A stretch of DNA of 64,000 nucleotides from a bacterium (GTDB lineage: Bacteria; Patescibacteriota; Dojkabacteria; SC72), in the NCBI GenBank assembly GCA_021463465.1, contig JAJTYH010000003.1, positions 275,549 through 339,548 of the forward strand. The letters are read 5' to 3'. A program made the translations under genes and the position numbers. This document shows positions 10,109-19,879 of the stretch, piece by piece (the stretch's first letter is position 1; every line of letters starts with the position of its first letter). The notes beneath the pieces were generated by a model that was not told where the DNA came from, made no database searches, and saw only the letters and a list, made by a program, of their open reading frames with translations.

Positions 10109-10849
10109 ATGAATATTAAACCACTTGCCAGCTATATCTTTTGGAAATTGAAATACAGTCATAAATTACTGAAGTATCATGGAATCCACAAAGGAAAGTC
10201 TTGCTTTATCATTGGCAATGGACCTTCGCTCAACAAAATGGATCTATCGAAACTTCAAGCCCATTATACTTTTGGGCTTAACAAAATATATTTGATGGAG
10301 CAAAAGGTTAAGCTCAACCTTTCGTATTTGGTGAGTGTGAATGATTTGGTCATCGAGCAGAGTGTGAATGAGTTTGAGGGCATGAAAATTCCTACATTCT
10401 TATCGTATCGTCCTGCCTCTAAAATTAATTTCCGGAATCCCAATATTGAATATATATATACTGGGGCAAAGAAACCTTTTCAAAAAAACATAATGGGTAA
10501 AATTCGCGAAGGTGCGACGGTTACTTATGTTGCTATGCAAATTGCATACTGGATGGGCTTTGAGAAAGTCATTTTAATTGGTGTTGACCATAGCTTCAAG
10601 GCAGAGGGTAAACCTCATGAGAAGCAGGTTATGAAAGGAAATGACATTAACCATTTCGATCCTAACTATTTCAAAGGTCAGATGTGGGGATTGCCTGATT
10701 TGGAAACGTCCGAAATATATTACAATGTAGCTAAGCAGGTGTATGCTGAGAATGGTCGTGAAATCCTGGATGCCACCGTAGAAGGTAAGTTAGAAGTGTA
10801 TCCCAAAATTACTTTTGAAGATGCTCTTAAGCAAGCTTCATTAAAATAG
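10109..10849 (+). CDS. CstII-like (GT42) or DUF115/MptE-like family protein, a putative nonulosonic-acid or other sugar transferase
   Basis: CFIIGNGPSLNKMDLSKL and ...VAMQIAYWMGFEKVILIGVDHSF parallel the CstII/DUF115 GNGPSL and G(I/V)D motifs. Confidence 0.5.
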   Translation: MNIKPLASYIFWKLKYSHKLLKYHGIHKGKSCFIIGNGPSLNKMDLSKLQAHYTFGLNKIYLMEQKVKLNLSYLVSVNDLVIEQSVNEFEGMKIPTFLSYRPASKINFRNPNIEYIYTGAKKPFQKNIMGKIREGATVTYVAMQIAYWMGFEKVILIGVDHSFKAEGKPHEKQVMKGNDINHFDPNYFKGQMWGLPDLETSEIYYNVAKQVYAENGREILDATVEGKLEVYPKITFEDALKQASLK

Positions 10850-11779
10850 TTGAAAGCATTAATGAAGGACTTAGTCAGTGTGGTAATTCCGGTTTTCAAT
10901 GGTGAATCAAGTGTTTTGCGAGCGGTTAATTCCGTACTGAGTCAAACATACACTGAAATAGAGGTGATAGTGGTAGACGATCTATCTACTGATGGTACAT
11001 GGAAGCTTCTTGAAGAGATACAAGATTCAAGAGTTAAAGTTCTACGAGTGGATAAGAAAGTGAGCGCCTCTTATGTACGTAACCGTGGCATCAATAATGC
11101 CAAAGGAAAGTTTGTCGCTTTTCTGGACGACGACGACGAGTGGATGTCCGAAAAAGTTGAGAAACAGTTAAAGTTTCTTCAAACTAATTCAGACTATGGA
11201 ACCGTACTTTGTAATTTTGGTTATGTATATCCTGGAGGAACGGAACAGGTGTATTCAGTACAAAGTAAAGACTATGTAAAAGATATTCTTCTAATGGAAA
11301 AAAAGTTTGCGGCAGGATCATCTATGTTTGTTCGCAAAGATTTACTTATGCACCTTGGAATGTTTGATGACCGATTTCAAGGTCAACAAGACTTGGAAAT
11401 GCTTATTCGATTAGGTCAAGCTAGTAAGATTGGATTCATCCCCGAAAAGCTTCTTCGTATTAATGGAAGTTCAGGCCGGGTGATTGTAAATGTTGATCGA
11501 CTGATTAGTGTAAAAGAGATGTTTTTAAATAAATTTAAAGATGTAATTGAACAGTACCCTAAATCAGTCAGGAATAAGGTTTATGCGAGGCATTGGTTAC
11601 AAGTAGCTAGGATGTATGCAGTAAATGGCCAGAATCAAGAGTCAATGCAATATCTGAAAAGATCGCTGAGAGAAGCTTTCCTTTTTTCCAATTTATTGTT
11701 GATTACACCTTTTGAAAGTTATTTTGTAATACTTTTTTACTTACTGAAAAATGCAATTTTTAGAAAAAATAAAAAGTAA
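10850..11779 (+). CDS. GT2-family glycosyltransferase
   Basis: VSVVIPVFNGES...EVIVVDDLSTDGT and DDDDEW show a canonical GT2 N-terminus and DXD. Confidence 0.8.
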   Translation: MKALMKDLVSVVIPVFNGESSVLRAVNSVLSQTYTEIEVIVVDDLSTDGTWKLLEEIQDSRVKVLRVDKKVSASYVRNRGINNAKGKFVAFLDDDDEWMSEKVEKQLKFLQTNSDYGTVLCNFGYVYPGGTEQVYSVQSKDYVKDILLMEKKFAAGSSMFVRKDLLMHLGMFDDRFQGQQDLEMLIRLGQASKIGFIPEKLLRINGSSGRVIVNVDRLISVKEMFLNKFKDVIEQYPKSVRNKVYARHWLQVARMYAVNGQNQESMQYLKRSLREAFLFSNLLLITPFESYFVILFYLLKNAIFRKNKK

Positions 11780-13562
11780 TCCGACCATTCTATTTAAAGC
11801 GTTGTTGTTTTTGCTTTTGTTAGTTTATCTAGCCTTTATCTATTATAGATTTCCTGCTCGGGATGAAACATATTATTTACGTGAGACATTGATAATGTCC
11901 GACGTGATTAAAAATGGACGATGGTTTGGTGATTATGCTGTGGGATTGCACGGATTCCTGTTTAAGCTTCCATTAGCTTTAGTATTTATATTTACAGGAC
12001 CTTCAGTCTTAGCGGCGACACTTTATAATTATTTACTCGCAATTCTAACTTTGTGGTTTACTTATAGAACATCTAAATATTTTTTCAAAGAAGAGTTTTG
12101 GCGATGGGGATTAGTTGTTCTTTTGGCATGTTCTTTTGAATTTGTACGGTCAACACCAACCTATCTACGTGAAATTCCATCCTTGCTCTCGGTGATATTC
12201 TTTACTTATCTATATTTGAAGAACGGTTCCAAATGGTTACTTGGACTAGGGTTATTACTAGTGCTAGATGCTAAAGAGTATATGTTCTTTATTGTAGGAC
12301 TAGGTTATGTACTTAGTGAGGGAGTCCTTTTCTGGAGAAGAGGAATCTCAATACAAAACTTCAAAACTTTGGTATGGGATTTGGCTCGTGTATTCAGCTT
12401 TTCCTTTGCATATGTAGCATTGATGTTTACGACCTCACTCGTCCCTCTCAATACTTTCCTCGCTTCGATATTGGGTTTGATTGACCGAGGGTTTGCATGG
12501 AATGCCCAGCAGCTTTCAACTGGTACGGTAAATGTCGCAATAACAGGAGATTACAAAGAAATTTTTCAAATAGGGTTGCAAACCGATTATCCTATCATCA
12601 ATTCTTTGATTTCTTTGGTCAATCAAGTAATAGGGTACTTAGGAAAGTTCTTGTACCCTAGATCCTTCTCATACATATCCATACCTAGGATATTAATGGT
12701 GCCTGCTCTTATTGTTGGTTTTATTAAAACTAAAGAGTGGATTCAAAAGTCAGATAAACGTGTCTTGATATTATCCATTCTCATCGTATTTCTGGCAGTT
12801 TTCCTGCTTCGTAGTTCGCATGGACGGTATCTTTTCCCTATGTCACCTTTTATTTTCATTTTCCTGCTTTATTTCTTCAAAGACTATACTAATAATATAA
12901 AACTGAGTTTATGGATTCTTTTTGCCGCTTGGCTAGTAGAAAGCTTAGGATTGTATTTTGAAACCTCTATGGAGGAAGTTAAGATGTTGATTTCACTTTG
13001 TCTTCTTGGACTGTTTGTAACTGTAGTATATGTCCGAAAAAAACAACCTGAGTGGAACCTACTAGCCAGTGGGGTAGTGGTGACAAGTATAGCTGGGATT
13101 AGCCTTTTTTCGGCTTTATTATTTAGTTATACCCAAGGACAGATAGCACAAATGCTTGAATACGGAAGACATTTTGAAATCAGAAGTATAACTAAGGAAC
13201 TCAGTGGTTACGATAAGGTATATATCAATGACACAGATACTAATCATTTGATTCACTTTTATATGTCAGACCTTTCACTCAACCCGCAGTGGAAGTGGAA
13301 TATTAAATCCAATCTCCCTAAGAGCCAACTTGTAAAGATTTATGAAGAGCCTGAGATTATAAATATTGTACCTGGTAGTTCATTGGAAATGTCGCCTGAT
13401 GGAAGTGCTTTGGTTATAATCGAATCAAAGATAGGACGTGACCCTTTTGGAAGTCAGGAGCTACTACCAAATTTGCTATCATCAAGTCAGCTGAATCTAG
13501 TTAAAAAAGTGGAGCTTAAAAATAAGATAATGTATATCTTTGAGAATGCAGGTAGTAATTGA
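11751..13562 (+). CDS. ArnT/PMT-type (GT83/GT39-like) GT-C membrane glycosyltransferase
   Basis: The first loop RDETYYLRETLIMSDVIKNGRWFG matches the DE..Y..RE....G(D)W motif of the PMT_2/ArnT family. About 12 TM segments are followed by a C-terminal soluble domain. Confidence 0.65.
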   Translation: MQFLEKIKSNPTILFKALLFLLLLVYLAFIYYRFPARDETYYLRETLIMSDVIKNGRWFGDYAVGLHGFLFKLPLALVFIFTGPSVLAATLYNYLLAILTLWFTYRTSKYFFKEEFWRWGLVVLLACSFEFVRSTPTYLREIPSLLSVIFFTYLYLKNGSKWLLGLGLLLVLDAKEYMFFIVGLGYVLSEGVLFWRRGISIQNFKTLVWDLARVFSFSFAYVALMFTTSLVPLNTFLASILGLIDRGFAWNAQQLSTGTVNVAITGDYKEIFQIGLQTDYPIINSLISLVNQVIGYLGKFLYPRSFSYISIPRILMVPALIVGFIKTKEWIQKSDKRVLILSILIVFLAVFLLRSSHGRYLFPMSPFIFIFLLYFFKDYTNNIKLSLWILFAAWLVESLGLYFETSMEEVKMLISLCLLGLFVTVVYVRKKQPEWNLLASGVVVTSIAGISLFSALLFSYTQGQIAQMLEYGRHFEIRSITKELSGYDKVYINDTDTNHLIHFYMSDLSLNPQWKWNIKSNLPKSQLVKIYEEPEIINIVPGSSLEMSPDGSALVIIESKIGRDPFGSQELLPNLLSSSQLNLVKKVELKNKIMYIFENAGSN

Positions 13563-14775
13563 TGCTCGGACAACTCAAGACGAAGTCAAGTTTAATGGGA
13601 TAGGAAGATATTCTAGATTTATCATTGAATACCTAATCAAACTTAATCCAAATACTCATTTCATACTGCTCATGTATGATGGGCCTTCAACAATTGACGG
13701 GTTGTTAAATAGGAGTGTCCGAAATATTGAAGTCAAAAGAATGGGTAAACATTATAACGGAAGCGGGTTAGAATTGATTAGACATAATCTCGACCTTTTC
13801 TTTCATGTAGGGTTAAACAGAGTTTTAAGGAAAATCAAGAAAGATAACGCGGTTTTCTTTTCGCCTTATTTCTGGAGAGGCATACCTGTTTTCAAACTCC
13901 CAACAGTATTGCTCATTCACGATTTTGCCCTACCCAAATTTCATAGCTATTCAACAATTTCTCCAGTTCACAATATTCTCAGAGCAATTCATTATTGGTT
14001 TGAATTGTATAGAGTGCTTTGGGCAAAAAAAGTTATATGTAACTCTCAAAACACTTATAAGGATTTTCTGGAATACTTTTCCAAATTTGATAAGTCAAAA
14101 GTAGAGGAAGTGCTTCTGGGCGTAGAAGAAGATGATATAGGTAGTCAGGAAGTTGATAAATACTTACCCTCTGATTGGCAGAAGCGGGGTTATCTTTTAT
14201 ATATGGGAGGCGGTTTGACTAAAAATAAGAACTCAGAAGGTGTCGTAAGCGGTTTTGCACAATTTATAAAACGTTTAGAGGCAGAGGGTAAATCAAGAAA
14301 TGAATGCCCTTATCTGGTAATTGCAGGAAAGAATTTCAAGGATGAGGTGGTTGCAGATGCAGTAAAGTTTAGGTCATATGTGGAGTCTAAGGGTGTTGCG
14401 GATTTGGTTCATTACGCTGGTTTTTATGAAGATGTCCACCGTTGGCCTTTAATGAGAAAGGCTTTTGGCTTTATACATCTATCATTATTTGAAGGGTTTG
14501 GATTTGCCGTAGCGGAAGCTATGCGTGCTGGAGTACCTGTGATTGCACATAATGGAAGTACATATCCTCAAGTGGTTGGAGATGGTGGTCTGCTTGTAAA
14601 CGGAGAAGATTTTGAAGCAGTTGGTCAAGGCATATACAAAATATATTCAGATAAGGAGTTTGCCCGATCACTCGGGAAAAAAGGCTTAGCAAAGAGTTTA
14701 GAATATAATTGGATAAAAACCGCTAAGAAGACATACAATATTTTAGAAGAATCATTAGATGGAAATATTAAGTAG
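13540..14775 (+). CDS. GT4-family glycosyltransferase
   Basis: EGFGFAVAEAMRAGVPVIAHNGSTYPQVVG is the GT4 E-X7-E region. Confidence 0.8.
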   Translation: MRMQVVIDARTTQDEVKFNGIGRYSRFIIEYLIKLNPNTHFILLMYDGPSTIDGLLNRSVRNIEVKRMGKHYNGSGLELIRHNLDLFFHVGLNRVLRKIKKDNAVFFSPYFWRGIPVFKLPTVLLIHDFALPKFHSYSTISPVHNILRAIHYWFELYRVLWAKKVICNSQNTYKDFLEYFSKFDKSKVEEVLLGVEEDDIGSQEVDKYLPSDWQKRGYLLYMGGGLTKNKNSEGVVSGFAQFIKRLEAEGKSRNECPYLVIAGKNFKDEVVADAVKFRSYVESKGVADLVHYAGFYEDVHRWPLMRKAFGFIHLSLFEGFGFAVAEAMRAGVPVIAHNGSTYPQVVGDGGLLVNGEDFEAVGQGIYKIYSDKEFARSLGKKGLAKSLEYNWIKTAKKTYNILEESLDGNIK

Positions 14776-15247
14776 TATTGTGGAGTATGCATCATACTTC
14801 TTAGCCCTTATTGGTGTTCTTATAACACTCGTTGGATTACCTGGAATCTGGGTTATATTCACATCGGTTATGATGTGGGGTGTAAGTACGGGTTTTGAAC
14901 AGCTTACCGTTCAGTGGATTCTATTGTTTTTGGCCATAACCCTGGCTTCTACCTTTATAGATAATCTCACAATTATTTTGGGAGCCAAAAAATCAGGTGC
15001 TTCCAATTGGGGAATTGTAGGTGCAATCGTCGGTATGATGATTGGAACCTTAGTTGGCAATATACCAGGGATGATTATAGGAGCATTTGTAGGTGCAGTT
15101 ATGGTTGAAGTCTTTATAGCTAAGAAAGAAGGTTCAGAAGCGATAAAGGCAGGGATAGGAACAATGGTAGGTTTTTTCTTAGGAATCCTCCTCAAATTTG
15201 TTGTAGCAATACTGATGATATATTTGTGGGCAGTTTTAGCCAAATAG
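14759..15247 (+). CDS. Small polytopic membrane protein (DUF456-like)
   Basis: 162 aa, entirely hydrophobic and Gly-rich TM helices. It is the last gene of the locus. Confidence 0.45.
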   Translation: MEILSSIVEYASYFLALIGVLITLVGLPGIWVIFTSVMMWGVSTGFEQLTVQWILLFLAITLASTFIDNLTIILGAKKSGASNWGIVGAIVGMMIGTLVGNIPGMIIGAFVGAVMVEVFIAKKEGSEAIKAGIGTMVGFFLGILLKFVVAILMIYLWAVLAK

Positions 15248-15330
15248 CTATCTAATCTGACTGATCAAGTTGGCAATTGTCATGATTAGTTTTATGATGA
15301 TTAGTAATTTCATATAGTTAAAAGCTTAGT

Positions 15331-16218
15331 TTAAATATCAATTATATGTTTGGGGTCGATAACCAGATTTTGAGATTGGCCTGTTCTTATCTCAAAATGT
15401 AAGTGATATCCCAAGGGTTTACACTTTTGTGCTCCTGAATTTCCACTTACACCTATCTTTTGTCCTCTTCTAACTGAATCACCTTTTTCAAGATCTCCGA
15501 AGCTATCTAAATGGAAATAGCTGGAGTAGAAGCCGTTGCTATGTTTAATCCTTAAAATTCTTCCACCGTTATCGCATTTAGAAGAGAAGTTATCCCATCC
15601 TATGTAATCGATCCTACCATCTCCAATTGAATAGACATTCTGGTGTTTGATTAGAAAGTCTATACCAGTGTGATTGAAGCTGAAGTTTGTCTCGCCGAAT
15701 TCCTGGCTAATCTTCGGAGTACCCTTAAGTGGGGAGGTAAAATCCGTAGTGGGGTATTGGGCTTTTGGAACTGTCACGAAGATAGTTTTCTTCCATCCAG
15801 AAGTGCTTTCTGTAAAAGTGAAACTGAGTTTCCTAGAGTAAGGGTTTTCGTCGTCTTTGTACTCTCTTGGCAAGATCCACTCTGCAGAGGTGCTATCCCT
15901 GCTGACCTTTTCGATTTTGTCAAAACACTCTTTAAACAGAAAGAAGGTATAACGACAAGTTCTAACTCTGGTGATATCCGTGTAATAGAATGGCAAGTTC
16001 GCTTTTACTGTAACTACATAATTGCCATCAATCCATCGATTTTTTATTGATTTGATATCAATTTGAAACTCACAATCTCTTTTAGTTGTCATGGTAGTGG
16101 CATCCATGATTTCTTCGCAATAGTTTTCTGGATAGGATATGGGGTTGAAATATACTGCGTTTGCGGAACTTAAGGAAAAAATGAAAATAAGGACAGTGTA
16201 TATGAACACTTTTTGCAT
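15331..16218 (-). CDS. M23-family (LytM-type) metallopeptidase, secreted
   Basis: HxxxD (SYFHLDS) and HxH (YHLHFEI) M23 motifs are present. The supplied ORF extends to 16305, but the Met at 16218 begins a canonical signal peptide MQKVFIYTVLIFIFSLSSANA and leaves a 111-nt divergent promoter region before secA. Confidence 0.75.
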   Translation of the reverse strand: MQKVFIYTVLIFIFSLSSANAVYFNPISYPENYCEEIMDATTMTTKRDCEFQIDIKSIKNRWIDGNYVVTVKANLPFYYTDITRVRTCRYTFFLFKECFDKIEKVSRDSTSAEWILPREYKDDENPYSRKLSFTFTESTSGWKKTIFVTVPKAQYPTTDFTSPLKGTPKISQEFGETNFSFNHTGIDFLIKHQNVYSIGDGRIDYIGWDNFSSKCDNGGRILRIKHSNGFYSSYFHLDSFGDLEKGDSVRRGQKIGVSGNSGAQKCKPLGYHLHFEIRTGQSQNLVIDPKHIIDI

Positions 16219-16329
16219 AGGCAATGCATTTATGAATTTAGTATTTACATTGTAAAAACCGTGTGTGAAAACCAAGTGAAATGTTAAAAGTGGTACTAAA
16301 AGCAAGAGTTTGATGTATAATGCAATGCT

Positions 16330-19275
16330 ATGTGGAATCTCATCTCCAAATTTTTTGATAGTAATGAGCGACAGCTCAAGAAAATAGCTCCGTTAATCGC
16401 GCAAATCAATGCGCTTGAAGAAGACTTTGCCAAATTAAGTGACGATAAACTTAGGGATAAAACTAGTGAACTGCGCAAGAAACTGGGTGTTAATATAGAG
16501 TTTAGCAGGCAAGAATTTTACGATCTCAATGAAGTTGAGATGAATGCCAAACTAGCTGACGAAAAGAAACGTTTAAATGAAATTTTACCTCAAGCTTTCG
16601 CTACCATTCGTGAAGCCTCTAAGCGTGCTACCAACCATAGGCATTTTGATGTGCAGATGATTGCGGGATACTTCCTTTTTAACAATAAAGTTACAGAGCT
16701 CTTTACGGGTGAGGGCAAAACTTTAGCAGCTAATATGCCATTATATCTTTATGGATTGACCGGAAGAGGTGCGCATTTAGTTACTGTTAATGATTATCTT
16801 GCGAGACGTGATGCTCAATGGAATGGAAGAATTTTAGAAAGATTAGGACTTACTGTTGGAGTTATAAATAATGGAGCACAGTATAAATATATAACTGATG
16901 AAGAAGTCGTTAAACTTAAAGGTGCTAACGCTAAGAAGCTAATTAAAGAGAGAGATGCTAAGGCTAAGAGTGAAGGTAGGCTTAAGTATGATCATATGAA
17001 TGGAGTTAACCTAATTGCTTGCTCCAAAACTGAAGCTTATGCCTGCGATGTAGTGTATGGAACTAACAATGAATTTGGCTTTGACTATTTGAGAGATAAT
17101 ATGACCTATTCAATTAGTGAGATCGTGCAAGGTCCATTATACTTTGCCATTGTTGATGAGGCTGACTCTATTTTGATTGATGAAGCCAGAACGCCTCTTA
17201 TCATCTCGTCAAGTGCACAGGAATCAAATCAGCTGTATAAGCAGTTCGCTCAAATAGTTGAGAAATTGAGTAAGGAGCGTGACTATACTGTAGATGAAAA
17301 GTCGCATGCCGTTTCAATTAATGACGAGGGTATTGATAGAGTTGAAAAACTTTTGGGAGTTAAGAATATTTATGAGAATGCACAATTCGCATATCACCTT
17401 GAAAACTCATTGAAAGCCAAAGAGTTGTATCGAAGAGATCAAGAGTATCTCATCAGAGAGGGAGAAATCCTCATTGTTGATGAATTTACAGGAAGGGTCA
17501 TGGCAGGTAGAAGGTACAGCGAAGGATTGCATCAGGCAATTGAAGCGAAAGAAGGTGTTGAAGTGAAGCGAGAGTCTCAAACTGTAGCGACAATTACCCT
17601 TCAGAATTATTTCAGACTGTATAAATACTTGTCCGGAATGACAGGTACCGCCCTAACTGAAGCAGAAGAGTTTGCGAAAATCTATAATCTAGACACTGTA
17701 GTAATCCCCACAAATAGGGAGGTTGTACGAAAAGATATGCCAGATGTCGTATTTAGAACGCAAGAAGGCAAATTCCGAAACATTATCAAGGATATTATGG
17801 AGCACAATAAAAAAGGACAACCTGTGTTGGTTGGGACAACCTCAGTCGAGAAGTCCGAAGTGCTGTCCGAAATATTGTCGAAAGAGGGGGTAGAGCACAG
17901 AGTGCTTAACGCCAAACAGCATGAGATGGAAGCCCAAGTAGTTTCTATGGCTGGTCAAAGAGGAGCAGTTACAATTGCGACAAATATGGCGGGTCGAGGA
18001 ACCGATATCGCCTTGGGCGAAGGAGTTAGAGAACTAGGAGGTCTTTATGTTATTGGTTCTGAACGTCACGATGCACGAAGAATAGATAACCAGCTTAGAG
18101 GTAGATCGGGTCGACAAGGTGACCCAGGAGAGTCTAGATTCTATGTCTCGTTTGAAGATGAATTGATGAGGTTGTTTGGTGGAGAGAATATGAAGACAAT
18201 CATGGGCACAGTAGGGATGTCGGATGATATGCCTGTATCATTGGGAATCTTAGGTCGTTCTATTGAAACGGCACAAAAGCGTGTTGAAGCTCACAACTAC
18301 GATATTCGGAAAAACCTTGTTGAGTATGATGATGTGCTTAATCAACAGCGTGAAATTGTCTACAATTTACGTAGAAAGATTTTGGCATTGACTGATAGAT
18401 CAGATTTCAAATTCTCCAAAGCTAAATTCGATTCTAAGGAATTGGCTAAAATTGATATTGTTAATCTCCTTTATGATTTAGACTCTTTTTCTCTACTAGA
18501 TAAACAGACTTGGGATATAGCTCAACTCGAAAAGTTTCCTCACTTCAAACATCCTTTACTTCTGTGGATTTTAAAGAAAATTGTTGACGATGTGCGATTT
18601 ACTCTTAGTAGTCAGTTAGCGGATGATATGAAGATTGATGCTCTTGAAGAGCGTACAAGTATCATGCATATCAAATCGATAGTAACAGATGAACTGATTG
18701 ATTTAGTTGTTAAGGCGTTGGGATACAAAGATCAGGTGAGTTTCTTTAGAGAGCTGGATTCAATCAAGGATTTGGCACCTAAAGAAGATATGTTGCTTAA
18801 ACTTGTTGTAACATCTTTTGTCTTCCACGTTTATACCTTAAGTGCTCAGGGCTCATTTGAAGTATTCAAGGTTCTTGTGCTGGAAGGAATTCGGACATTT
18901 TGGATGCAACACCTAGACACAATGACAGATTTACGAGAAGGAATATCACTTCGCAACTTTGCACAGAAGAATCCTCTGGTGGAATATAAAAATGAAGGGT
19001 TCGCCTTGTTTGATAATATGATTGCTAGTATTGATACCAACTTGGTTAACAGAGTGTTTAAAGTAAGAGTTATACGGGAAGAGAGAGATATTCCAGTCGA
19101 AGCTATACATGAAGAGGCGCAATCACTTCTTGAAAAACAATTAGATAAGCGGCCTGGAGAGGTGGGTAAGCAAACAACAGTCAAAAAAGGCATACAAAAA
19201 GTTGGCAGAAACGATCCATGTCCTTGTGGAAGTGGAAAAAAATACAAGAAATGTCATTATCCACTCTACGGTTAA
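16330..19275 (+). CDS. secA: Preprotein translocase ATPase SecA
   Basis: DEAD-like motor motifs and the C-terminal zinc-binding tail [13 protein letters not shown] are present. Collinear with SecA throughout. Confidence 0.97.
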   Translation: MWNLISKFFDSNERQLKKIAPLIAQINALEEDFAKLSDDKLRDKTSELRKKLGVNIEFSRQEFYDLNEVEMNAKLADEKKRLNEILPQAFATIREASKRATNHRHFDVQMIAGYFLFNNKVTELFTGEGKTLAANMPLYLYGLTGRGAHLVTVNDYLARRDAQWNGRILERLGLTVGVINNGAQYKYITDEEVVKLKGANAKKLIKERDAKAKSEGRLKYDHMNGVNLIACSKTEAYACDVVYGTNNEFGFDYLRDNMTYSISEIVQGPLYFAIVDEADSILIDEARTPLIISSSAQESNQLYKQFAQIVEKLSKERDYTVDEKSHAVSINDEGIDRVEKLLGVKNIYENAQFAYHLENSLKAKELYRRDQEYLIREGEILIVDEFTGRVMAGRRYSEGLHQAIEAKEGVEVKRESQTVATITLQNYFRLYKYLSGMTGTALTEAEEFAKIYNLDTVVIPTNREVVRKDMPDVVFRTQEGKFRNIIKDIMEHNKKGQPVLVGTTSVEKSEVLSEILSKEGVEHRVLNAKQHEMEAQVVSMAGQRGAVTIATNMAGRGTDIALGEGVRELGGLYVIGSERHDARRIDNQLRGRSGRQGDPGESRFYVSFEDELMRLFGGENMKTIMGTVGMSDDMPVSLGILGRSIETAQKRVEAHNYDIRKNLVEYDDVLNQQREIVYNLRRKILALTDRSDFKFSKAKFDSKELAKIDIVNLLYDLDSFSLLDKQTWDIAQLEKFPHFKHPLLLWILKKIVDDVRFTLSSQLADDMKIDALEERTSIMHIKSIVTDELIDLVVKALGYKDQVSFFRELDSIKDLAPKEDMLLKLVVTSFVFHVYTLSAQGSFEVFKVLVLEGIRTFWMQHLDTMTDLREGISLRNFAQKNPLVEYKNEGFALFDNMIASIDTNLVNRVFKVRVIREERDIPVEAIHEEAQSLLEKQLDKRPGEVGKQTTVKKGIQKVGRNDPCPCGSGKKYKKCHYPLYG

Positions 19276-19351
19276 GAGAATAATATAGGTCAATTGACAC
19301 CACTATAACTCCCATATATGCTGATAATTAGTAACCTATTGCTTTGTATTT

Positions 19352-19849
19352 ATGACTGCCTCAAACACAAAGTTCAAAGACGACGAGAAAACGACTAAGA
19401 AAATAAACAGCATACATATCGTAGTTTTCGCATGTACTAACTGCGGAGAAGAGTTTGAAGAGCTTCGCCTTTGCAAAGAATGTAAATCTCCTATGAAAGT
19501 GGTTCAAGTTACTGAGAAGTTTGGTAATGAGGCAGATGAGTATTTGGCTAAGTTAAAACGTGAGGGCGTTTGGGATGACACATCCGTTCACCCTAAACAT
19601 GATGAAAACAGTGATGGTGGAATTGCAGGAAGTAGTGATGAACTTGATGATATTGATATAAAGATTGCTGGGCAAGAGAGTACTGAAGAAACAATAGAAG
19701 ATTTAGAGTTAGGAGACATCTATCCTGACGATGAGTCAGGTGAGCGAACTACCAAAAATGTTACTGATATGGATTGGTCTGAGGCGTTGGATAAGCTTGA
19801 TGAAGAAGAAGACACCTCCGATCTCAATGAAGAGTTGCCAGAGTTGTAG
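19352..19849 (+). CDS. Small zinc-ribbon protein with a highly acidic C-terminal tail, function unknown
   Basis: The CTNC...17 aa...CKEC C4 ribbon is followed by a D/E-rich tail (DEEEDTSDLNEELPEL). It lies immediately downstream of secA on the same strand. Confidence 0.5.
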   Translation: MTASNTKFKDDEKTTKKINSIHIVVFACTNCGEEFEELRLCKECKSPMKVVQVTEKFGNEADEYLAKLKREGVWDDTSVHPKHDENSDGGIAGSSDELDDIDIKIAGQESTEETIEDLELGDIYPDDESGERTTKNVTDMDWSEALDKLDEEEDTSDLNEELPEL

Positions 19850-19879
19850 ATTTTTCAGTGTAAATGCTAAACTCATTGC

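Noticed and set aside
16296-16478. 60-aa minus-strand ORF overlapping the secA start, and the long N-terminal extension of the M23 ORF to 16305
   Set aside because: Antisense to secA. The M23 start is better placed at 16218, where a canonical signal peptide begins and a divergent promoter gap appears.
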